Below are positions 44,474 through 51,993 of a DNA stretch of 64,000 nucleotides, one piece after another; within the stretch, counting starts at the first letter, position 1, and each line of letters starts with the position of its first letter. Origin of the DNA: a virus (taxonomy: Duplodnaviria > Heunggongvirae > Uroviricota > Caudoviricetes); the IMG/VR virus record IMGVR_UViG_3300038829_000114, one strand, 5' to 3'. Below the pieces are notes generated by a model, which made no database searches, was not told the DNA's origin, and saw only the letters and a program-made list of their open reading frames with translations. The position numbers were made by a program, and so were the translations under genes.

Positions 44474-44474
44474 T

Positions 44475-44732
44475 ATGAGATGTATTTTAATGGTTGCTTT
44501 ACTTTTAACGTCAAGCTCATGCAGTCCCAGGATTAGTAGCTACCCTGACGAGTTTGGTTTAGCTAACGGCGAGTGTTTTGTGTTAGAGACTCCTATAGAA
44601 ACAGTAAAATGTCAGAATATTGGCTGGTTTACAGGTGCCGACGCAATCCTATCTTTTCCAGTTCTTATGGAGTGTGACAATAACAAAAGATATTTTAATC
44701 CCGTAAACTTTACAATAGAGACATGTAATTAA
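44475..44732 (+). CDS. secreted or lipoprotein-like small protein
   Basis: MRCILMVALLLTSSSCS signal peptide. Confidence 0.5.
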   Translation: MRCILMVALLLTSSSCSPRISSYPDEFGLANGECFVLETPIETVKCQNIGWFTGADAILSFPVLMECDNNKRYFNPVNFTIETCN

Positions 44733-44733
44733 G

Positions 44734-44997
44734 ATGGACGAGCCAAACGACGACATGCCAAAATCTATGTTTTGGAGACCTAACCAGCACGATCCTATAG
44801 AGATTAAATTTATACCCGCAGACAACGCTATAACTTTTAGTCACCATACAGACCATGGTATTAAAAAAGGATGTTGTATTTGCGGCAAGGTTTACTGTGA
44901 TCATTTACAAAACAAACATTTAGAGAAAATTAGCTCCGATTGGATAAACAATTTTTTCTCGGCAATAGAAGGCAAAAAAGGTAGTGTAAAATGGTAG
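44734..44997 (+). CDS. hypothetical protein
   Basis: ORF. Confidence 0.5.
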   Translation: MDEPNDDMPKSMFWRPNQHDPIEIKFIPADNAITFSHHTDHGIKKGCCICGKVYCDHLQNKHLEKISSDWINNFFSAIEGKKGSVKW

Positions 44998-45230
44998 TAG
45001 AAATTTGGGAAGGTGAGTATTTAAATCCAGAGCATGTTAGTGCTATAAACTCGTCTACTTACGAACGTGGTGAGAAAAAAGATTGGTCTTATAGCATTAG
45101 TATTAAACTACAAAGTTCTAAAGAAATTAGCTACTCCTGGAAAACCAAACAAGATAGAGACCATATGCGACAAAAAATTGTTGATTTATGTAATATGTTG
45201 AGTTTGCCGAAAACTGATTTGCAATCTTAG
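44991..45230 (+). CDS. hypothetical protein
   Basis: ORF. Confidence 0.45.
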   Translation: MVVEIWEGEYLNPEHVSAINSSTYERGEKKDWSYSISIKLQSSKEISYSWKTKQDRDHMRQKIVDLCNMLSLPKTDLQS

Positions 45231-45252
45231 CATGTTAGTGGTAATATAATGT

Positions 45253-46332
45253 ATGGAAACTGCATTACAAAAAGCACTGCGCTCTGGGGAAACTCCAGAA
45301 CAACTAAAAGAACGACTTGGGGTCGGATTCTATGTTCATCCCTCTTTGCCTTTAGTTGGATTTAAATATTCACAGATTGATAGTCCAAAGGCAGACCCAG
45401 TGGTTTTAGCCTCTCGTGGTACTGTGCTCGAAAAAGATACTTGGAATTTAGTTGCACAACCTTTTTTCAGATTCTTCAATTATGGTGAGCAGGAGACTGA
45501 TAAAAAGTTTGTTTTTCCAGGCTCATCTGCGTTTGCGAAAGAAGACGGCTCTTTAATGATCGTCTATAATTATAATGAAAACTGGCATGTTAATACGTCT
45601 GGTTCTTTCGGTATTCAAGAATGTGGGTTCTCAGGTAAAACTTGGGGCCAGTTATTCTGGGAGACCTCAAAACTGGATAAATCTAAACTAGACCCAAAGA
45701 ATACCTATATCTTTGAACTATGCACTGTTTGGAACAAGATCGTCCGTATGTACCCAGAACCTAAAACTCCTTTAACCGGGGTCATAGAGACGGCTACGTT
45801 ACATGACTATCCAAATCCTTGGGTAAAAGCTGTTGGGGAAGAGTTAGGTGTTGGGTATCCAGCACTAGTATATTTTTCCTCAATACAAGAGGTCCACGAC
45901 TGCTTAACCCAAACTTCAGCTAAAGACCCTACTTTTGAAGGTTTGGTATTGCGGGATATGAATGGGCTTCGAGTTAAGATCAAGACGGATACTTATTTAG
46001 CTCTACACCACATGGCAGATAATGGTAATTTAGGTAATCCTAAATATATTGTTAAGTATCTCCTAAAAGGTGAGAAGGATGAGATTATTACATACTTTCC
46101 TGAGCTAAAAGCTAAGATAGAGGATGTAGAAGCCACTTTAAACACTCATAAACAGGCTTTATTAGCGCTTTGGGAAGAAACTAAGGGTATCGTGGCCCAG
46201 AAGGACTTTGCCCTTGCTATTGTTGGAAATACGCCTTTTACGGGCATTCTGTTTAATGCACGTAAGACAGGTGCCGATCCTGCTAAGATTTGGCACGAGT
46301 CAGATGAATTGATTGTTAAAGTTTTGTACTAA
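45253..46332 (+). CDS. RNA ligase 1 (T4 RnlA-like) family nucleotidyltransferase
   Basis: Motif I FAKEDGSL (KxDG, identical to the T4 Rnl1 TKEDGSL), motif IV EGLVLR, motif V RVKIKT. Confidence 0.65.
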   Translation: METALQKALRSGETPEQLKERLGVGFYVHPSLPLVGFKYSQIDSPKADPVVLASRGTVLEKDTWNLVAQPFFRFFNYGEQETDKKFVFPGSSAFAKEDGSLMIVYNYNENWHVNTSGSFGIQECGFSGKTWGQLFWETSKLDKSKLDPKNTYIFELCTVWNKIVRMYPEPKTPLTGVIETATLHDYPNPWVKAVGEELGVGYPALVYFSSIQEVHDCLTQTSAKDPTFEGLVLRDMNGLRVKIKTDTYLALHHMADNGNLGNPKYIVKYLLKGEKDEIITYFPELKAKIEDVEATLNTHKQALLALWEETKGIVAQKDFALAIVGNTPFTGILFNARKTGADPAKIWHESDELIVKVLY

Positions 46333-46616
46333 TGGGGATCAAGCTAAAATCTAAGGCTGAAAGAGCTATTAGGATACTACTGGCAGGTCACCCTATAGTA
46401 CATGATGGTCGGGAGTATTACCTTGGAGATGATAATAACCTCGTACACAAAGCAGTGAAATTCAGCTTAGGTAGTAAAAAAGGCCCTGAAACTGTCTATC
46501 TAAACGTTCATGTAGACTTGAAATGGTTCTTAGATATGGTGGAGTCTCTATCTGAGGATTATTACATAGGCGCGATGGCTAACGTCACGCTAACTGAGAT
46601 GAATAGGGGCGGTTGA
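46332..46616 (+). CDS. hypothetical protein
   Basis: ORF. Confidence 0.5.
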   Translation: MGIKLKSKAERAIRILLAGHPIVHDGREYYLGDDNNLVHKAVKFSLGSKKGPETVYLNVHVDLKWFLDMVESLSEDYYIGAMANVTLTEMNRGG

Positions 46617-46660
46617 CATATTGTAGTCTCTATGTTACTATATGGAAATAGGAGATTTAT

Positions 46661-46912
46661 ATGCGAAAAGAATATGTCACATTTGAAGGTAAGGTTACAA
46701 CCAGTGCGAGGGCTTATGCAAAATCATGGAAAACCGCTACCGAGAAAATAGCAAAGCTGTTTGGCGAGGATGTTGTTTGTATGGGCTTCGATCCATCCAT
46801 TGCTTTAGCTGTTAAGTATAAAGACGCTCTGGGGTATGATTGTCTCGCAGCATCTGTTACAATCCCAAAACTAATGTCGAAAAAATTATTAGAAAACTGT
46901 TCTAAAAAGTAG
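46661..46912 (+). CDS. hypothetical protein
   Basis: RBS TAGGAGA. Confidence 0.5.
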   Translation: MRKEYVTFEGKVTTSARAYAKSWKTATEKIAKLFGEDVVCMGFDPSIALAVKYKDALGYDCLAASVTIPKLMSKKLLENCSKK

Positions 46913-46919
46913 GTATATC

Positions 46920-47123
46920 ATGACACTCCCAAAAGTATATGTTTTTATCGGGGCTGACGGATACGTGCTGTCGGTCAGTAGTGACAAACCCGTTGAGGTT
47001 ATTCAAGTTGACTACTCGCCAATGGCTACTCTTGACAAGCATGCTACACTAAAGCTTGAACAAGAAATGCGAAAAAATACAGTGTTTACAAAATCGTTTT
47101 ACGGAGATACTAAAAATGTCTGA
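46920..47123 (+). CDS. hypothetical protein
   Basis: ORF. Confidence 0.45.
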   Translation: MTLPKVYVFIGADGYVLSVSSDKPVEVIQVDYSPMATLDKHATLKLEQEMRKNTVFTKSFYGDTKNV

Positions 47124-48159
47124 ATGGAAAGTTAGCGTTGAAGCTATTGAAATATTTGACCACCCCAATGCAGACCGCATGCAAATTGGGAAAGTTGGTA
47201 CTTATCAGGTAGTTGTGCAGAAAAACTTGTACAAGACTGGGGATATTGTTGCGTTTGCGCCGGAAAAGTCTATTCTTCCACAATCTTTGAAAGAGCCTTG
47301 GGAAAAATACCTTACCGGCACTAACAAAGATCGGGTCAAGGGAGTGCGCTTACGTGGGGAATTTTCGTGTGGTATTATCATCCCGTTGACTACTGTCCAA
47401 GAAAAACTTGGCTATGTTCCTGAAGTCGGCGTAGACATTTCAGAAAAACTCTCAATCCGTAAATTTGAGCCACCTGTCCCTGTCGCTTTAATGGGCAGCG
47501 TTCAGAAGTTTCCAGAGTTTATCAACAACACTTTGGCCGGTGCTCATGACTGTGAACACTTTAGAACATATGTAAACGAGTTTGTTGCCGGTGAACGTGT
47601 AATAGTACAAGAAAAATTGCATGGTAGCCAGTTAATTTGTACTGCCGATGCCGGGGGTAATAACCCAACAATAACGTCTAAAGGTTTGCGTAAAGACGAT
47701 CTTTGTATTAAAGAGAGCGAAGCCAACTCTTACTGGCAAGCTTTCCATAACTGCAAACTACAAGATGTGCTGTTCGAGGCGGCTTTAACACACTCCCCGA
47801 CTAAAGTTATACGAGTGTTTGGTGAATTGGTGCCTTGCCAAAAGGGTTATGCCTATGGCTTGACAAAACCTGAAGTTCGTATTTTTGACATCCGGGTTGA
47901 TGGGCAATCTATTCCGTATGACCAAGCTCCGCCAAGCGCAAAGAAAATCTGGGTTCCATTGCTCTATGACGGGCCTTTTGAAGAAGTTAAGATACTGCCT
48001 CTTTGTGAGGGTAACGAGCAGGTCTCTGGCAAAGAATACCATATCCGTGAGGGCTGTGTTGTTTCTCCATATATAGACAGGTATGCTAAGGACCGAACAC
48101 GCCTGCGTTTGAAGGTTATTAATCCTAAGTACAAGGATGAAGACGATGCGTTCAACTAA
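47116..48159 (+). CDS. Rnl2-family (KxHG) RNA ligase-like nucleotidyltransferase with an N-terminal extra domain
   Basis: Motif I QEKLHGSQ (T4 Rnl2 has EKIHGTN), motif IV REGCVV, motif V LKVINPKYK. ATG 47116 overlaps the previous stop. Confidence 0.6.
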   Translation: MSEWKVSVEAIEIFDHPNADRMQIGKVGTYQVVVQKNLYKTGDIVAFAPEKSILPQSLKEPWEKYLTGTNKDRVKGVRLRGEFSCGIIIPLTTVQEKLGYVPEVGVDISEKLSIRKFEPPVPVALMGSVQKFPEFINNTLAGAHDCEHFRTYVNEFVAGERVIVQEKLHGSQLICTADAGGNNPTITSKGLRKDDLCIKESEANSYWQAFHNCKLQDVLFEAALTHSPTKVIRVFGELVPCQKGYAYGLTKPEVRIFDIRVDGQSIPYDQAPPSAKKIWVPLLYDGPFEEVKILPLCEGNEQVSGKEYHIREGCVVSPYIDRYAKDRTRLRLKVINPKYKDEDDAFN

Positions 48160-48160
48160 G

Positions 48161-48346
48161 ATGACTGAATCCGAATTGAGGTTGCTACGGGAGAAAGCAT
48201 CTCTTGAAAAGGCTTGTCTCTTTTTGGACCTAAAGACTCTACAGTTGTATGGTTTGATGACAGAAGAGGATTTACTGACGCAGATAGCTTTGCTAAAAGA
48301 CGAAAGTGTAAAACAACTCTTAATTGACAATGGCGCTATGGTGTGA
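48161..48346 (+). CDS. hypothetical protein
   Basis: ORF. Confidence 0.4.
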   Translation: MTESELRLLREKASLEKACLFLDLKTLQLYGLMTEEDLLTQIALLKDESVKQLLIDNGAMV

Positions 48347-48352
48347 TAGTAT

Positions 48353-48652
48353 ATGAGCATGGAAAACAAACTTAAAGCAATAATGAAGTTCTGTGCGCCG
48401 TTCATGGCTATGAACGCCTACGAAGACTTAAAAGAAGGTGTTACTGGCAAAAAAACAGGATTCCTAGAATCCCTGTTTGTCGGGATGGGCACTTACTATG
48501 CTTTAAACGAGAGCGAAAAACAGCCTCAGCCGGTTAGCCAAACTGCCGACGAGCCTGAAACACCTCATGTTGACGTTCCCTACGTTCCTAGCCGTCCTGT
48601 TGCTGTCTCTAGCAACCCTGCCGGGAAACACATTAAAGATTTTCTAAAGTAA
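48353..48652 (+). CDS. hypothetical protein
   Basis: ORF. Confidence 0.5.
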   Translation: MSMENKLKAIMKFCAPFMAMNAYEDLKEGVTGKKTGFLESLFVGMGTYYALNESEKQPQPVSQTADEPETPHVDVPYVPSRPVAVSSNPAGKHIKDFLK

Positions 48653-48737
48653 TACCTCTTTCCGAGGTATCAAACAAATCTTGTTGTTTGGGGATAAGGT
48701 CTCTGTTACTATAAAAGTATACAAGGAGATTTGTATG

Positions 48738-48920
48738 GAACAGAAAATATTCGAAGTTGAGGTTGTGGTTAAAGGCTCGTTTAAGATACGAGCAGTTTCA
48801 GAAGCGGATTTCAACGCAAAAACGACTGCTGCACTGTTGTTATTAAATTTAAACACGTTGGGCGCAGATTTTGAAGTTGAGTCTGAAGAAGGTACTGCCG
48901 AGTTATTCTTGAAAGAGTAG
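48738..48920 (+). CDS. hypothetical 60-aa protein
   Basis: Strong RBS CAAGGAGATTTGTATG. Confidence 0.45.
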   Translation, partial: EQKIFEVEVVVKGSFKIRAVSEADFNAKTTAALLLLNLNTLGADFEVESEEGTAELFLKE

Positions 48921-48925
48921 TTAGT

Positions 48926-48954
48926 TTGACAGTACCCTACAAATGATGTAGAAT
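48926..48954 (+). promoter_or_regulatory. sigma70-like promoter TTGACA-17-TAGAAT for the radical-SAM operon
   Basis: -35 at 48926-31 and -10 at 48949-54. Confidence 0.5.
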
Positions 48955-48995
48955 AGTAAAAGTGTTTATTTGTTTAAAACAAAAGGAATATCAAA

Positions 48996-49250
48996 ATGTT
49001 AGATGAGACTGCTCTCCAAGATTTGTTTAAGAAGGCTATTAAGATCGGGCGTATCAGTATTGACGTGTCTCCGTCTGGGGAAGATATTATGTACAGTGCA
49101 AATGCCACCTGGCTCACTCCTGGGATGGGCGGTATCTCTGCCAACGTAAAAGCCAGTGGTGCCAGCACAGTATTATCGGAGTGCTTAACAAGCCTAATAA
49201 CAGACTATGAAACTAAAAAAGCCCTTTTAGTTAAGGCAGTAACGGAGTAG
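48996..49250 (+). CDS. 84-aa protein encoded immediately upstream of the radical-SAM enzyme (candidate substrate or partner; Gly/Ser-rich middle region, no Cys)
   Basis: RBS AAAAGGAATATCAAAATG; first gene after the promoter. Confidence 0.5.
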   Translation: MLDETALQDLFKKAIKIGRISIDVSPSGEDIMYSANATWLTPGMGGISANVKASGASTVLSECLTSLITDYETKKALLVKAVTE

Positions 49251-49254
49251 TTTT

Positions 49255-50898
49255 ATGCCTAGCGAATCAAGAACTCTACAAACAAAGATTAACGGAGTAC
49301 AGATTTACAAGTCTTCGTTCAATCCAAAAACTGGAATGATCGTCAGAGAAACTGTTGAAGGTCTTGATGACTTTGACATGACTCTTACACGATATGTTGG
49401 CTGGAAAAGCGGGGAGTTAGCCCCAACATTTGAACGTGGTGAGTATTTTTGGAATTACGATAAAGACAGAGAGTTTGGAACCAAGGCTTTTCAAGGTTTT
49501 TCGAGATCGAGAACAGAGAAAGCGTTTTCTGTGGTGCCTGAGACTGTAGATATTAAGATCACAGAATGGTGCGATTTTGGTTGTTCTTACTGCTACATGG
49601 ATAGTACAACTACAGCCAAAAAGACAGACGCTATCACACTTGTAAAAAATATTGTGAAAGGCTTCGACCATGCCCCGTATCAATTTGCGTTCGGTGGGGG
49701 CGAACCTTGTTCGTACAAAGACCTCCCAAAGCTTTTGAAAGTAACACGGGAGCTTGGGGTTGTACCTAATTTTACAACCGCTGGTCATATTTTTCGAGAA
49801 GATGTGATTAAAGCTGCAAACAAATATTGTGGCGGCGTTGCTTTAACATACCACCGTTTTAAGGGAGTTGACTTTTTCAAGGAAACGTATGCTAAATGGC
49901 GTGGCGCTCTTAATATCCAAATGAATATTCATGTTATCGCTGATGATGATGTTATTAAGTCGCTGTCTGAGTTAGAGACTATTCAGGCCGAGCTTGGTGG
50001 TACATTTAATATTGTTTTGTTGGCTTACTATCCAAACGTTGGTCGTGCTGATTATAGCCGCGTTATGGATAAGAAAGTTTTTAACGATACCTTACCATCT
50101 GTTATTCGCAAGATGCAACGCAGGCCAGCGGATTTTAGAATTGCTTTTTCTGAGGGCTTACTACCTTATTTCAACTCTCGTGATATTGTGGACATGCAAA
50201 TGGCTACGACACAAGAGGGCAGATTTTCTTGTTATATTGACAACTATGGTCGTATGAGTACCAGTAGCTTTTCAAAGCCTGATATTAAGACACCGACTGT
50301 TTTTGATAAGAGAGCACAAGAGCTTTGGAATAGCCTACAGATGCCGTGGCAGAAACAATCTATCTGTTACGGTTGTCCAAAGTCTTCTAAGTGTAACGCT
50401 CCTGATCTAACACACATGTTGTACTGTGCGTACTCTCCTCTAAACAAAGGTGGAGACCACATTAACGATTACAATCCTTATAATGTTTCAGATCGGCGCA
50501 ACCCAAACAGATTTAACACACAGATTACCGCTATTGGTAGTTTTGTAACGAACTCGTCTTCGGTTATTTGTGCGTTTCCAAAAGAAGTTTTAGACAGCCC
50601 GCAGGTTAGGGCGGTCATTGAAAAATACGGTTTCGATTTGGACCACGTTGGAGATGTTTGGTATCGTGGGTCTTGTGGGTCAATTGCTTCATCTGCGGCT
50701 AAAAAAAGACTCTTAAAAAGTGAGTTGAGTTCGGAAGAATATGGGGAACGTGTTGCTGGCCAAATTGACGTGGACGATGGTAATGTCTATGTTGTGTATG
50801 GCGATGAATATACATCGACAGAGACAATTTTCCTCGATCTTTTAAAAGAAGTTTTGGGCGGAGAGTTGAAATATGTTGTCCATGATGATTTTAACTAA
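49255..50898 (+). CDS. radical-SAM enzyme with SPASM/twitch-like C-terminal Cys cluster (547 aa)
   Basis: CX3CX2C at aa 106-113 (CDFGCSYC), then FAFGGGEP. Late cluster CYGCPKSSKCN…YCAY. RBS ACGGAG. Confidence 0.75.
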   Translation: MPSESRTLQTKINGVQIYKSSFNPKTGMIVRETVEGLDDFDMTLTRYVGWKSGELAPTFERGEYFWNYDKDREFGTKAFQGFSRSRTEKAFSVVPETVDIKITEWCDFGCSYCYMDSTTTAKKTDAITLVKNIVKGFDHAPYQFAFGGGEPCSYKDLPKLLKVTRELGVVPNFTTAGHIFREDVIKAANKYCGGVALTYHRFKGVDFFKETYAKWRGALNIQMNIHVIADDDVIKSLSELETIQAELGGTFNIVLLAYYPNVGRADYSRVMDKKVFNDTLPSVIRKMQRRPADFRIAFSEGLLPYFNSRDIVDMQMATTQEGRFSCYIDNYGRMSTSSFSKPDIKTPTVFDKRAQELWNSLQMPWQKQSICYGCPKSSKCNAPDLTHMLYCAYSPLNKGGDHINDYNPYNVSDRRNPNRFNTQITAIGSFVTNSSSVICAFPKEVLDSPQVRAVIEKYGFDLDHVGDVWYRGSCGSIASSAAKKRLLKSELSSEEYGERVAGQIDVDDGNVYVVYGDEYTSTETIFLDLLKEVLGGELKYVVHDDFN

Positions 50899-51521
50899 TG
50901 ATTAGATTTTTGGGCGAACTTCCGAGAGAATGTTATATTGCCGTGTCTGGTGGTCCTGATAGCATGGCTGTGTTAGATTTCTTGGCGCATGATGGAAAAC
51001 GAGATATTACTGTACTACACGTAAATCACGGAACTGCGTTTGGTAACTTAGAGGGTATGCCGGTAACAGGAAGATACTGTGACAGGAACAGAATTAAGTG
51101 GTCGAACACTTTTATTGATACACAGCCGGAGTCTAATAAAGAAAATTACTGGCGGGAAAAGAGATATGAATTTTTTAATAAGTTTACAGATAAGCCACTA
51201 ATTACATGCCACACGCTTGATGATTGTATTGAGACCTGGTTTTTTGGTGCCTGTCATGGAACACCTAAACTAATCCCATATCGTAGAGGACATATTATTA
51301 GACCGTTCTTAGTGACTCCGAAAAACGAGCTTGTTAGGTGGTGCGATGATCATGGCGTCCCATTTGCTGTTGACCCAAGTAACTCAGACCCGGCCTACAT
51401 GCGGTCGTTAATCCGTACAGAAATGGTACCAACAGTTTTAAAAGTAAACCCTGGTATCAGTAAGGTTATAAAGCGCAAAGTGGAAGAAGACTTTGCAGCT
51501 ACAGAAACGTGTGCTGTTTAA
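50898..51521 (+). CDS. tilS: tRNA(Ile)-lysidine synthetase (TilS) catalytic-domain-like PP-loop ATPase
   Basis: PP-loop SGGPDS. Also VLHVNHG, HTLDDCIETWFF, IIRPFLV…DPSN…Y.R..IR, colinear with the TilS N-terminal domain. ATGA overlap with the rSAM gene. Confidence 0.65.
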   Translation: MIRFLGELPRECYIAVSGGPDSMAVLDFLAHDGKRDITVLHVNHGTAFGNLEGMPVTGRYCDRNRIKWSNTFIDTQPESNKENYWREKRYEFFNKFTDKPLITCHTLDDCIETWFFGACHGTPKLIPYRRGHIIRPFLVTPKNELVRWCDDHGVPFAVDPSNSDPAYMRSLIRTEMVPTVLKVNPGISKVIKRKVEEDFAATETCAV

Positions 51522-51928
51522 AAACGGTTTTGACGCTTAAACTTTTTATACTCGTTCTTAAAGTCTGACCAGTTCTTGGATGGAACTAAAAGAAATGCTC
51601 TAGTGACGGGACTCACAGCTACGTAAGTTTTACCATCTATTTGAACCTCTTCAGTATTAAATACATCAAGATCGCGTAAACGTTTTAAAAATGATTTTAT
51701 GGTCGTAACTGGGTAGTTAACTTTATCAGCGAGTGTAGCAGGTTCCTGGGCCATCGAAATGTCTTTAATTATCTCCCCCGCTATAGTAAATTGTTTTTCG
51801 CTATGTATAAACTCACCGCCAGCATCATATTCAGCCCCATCTGCCTTAATTTCGTGTTTTTCTGGGTAGAGGTATGCTTGGATATCCAAAAACTCTTTTG
51901 TGGGCTTTAAACGTTTAAAATCAATCAT
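51518..51928 (-). CDS. hypothetical protein
   Basis: ORF convergent with tilS. Confidence 0.5.
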   Translation of the reverse strand: MIDFKRLKPTKEFLDIQAYLYPEKHEIKADGAEYDAGGEFIHSEKQFTIAGEIIKDISMAQEPATLADKVNYPVTTIKSFLKRLRDLDVFNTEEVQIDGKTYVAVSPVTRAFLLVPSKNWSDFKNEYKKFKRQNRF

Positions 51929-51993
51929 AGAGACTATATAAACCAGTAGTTAGGGTTAGCTATATATCCCTAACTTAGAGAAAATAAAAAAGA

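Noticed and set aside
47785-48405. 206-aa ORF on the − strand
   Set aside because: It is entirely antisense to the Rnl2-like gene and downstream small genes, has low-complexity S/L/R-rich composition, and has no RBS. This is a typical antisense artefact.
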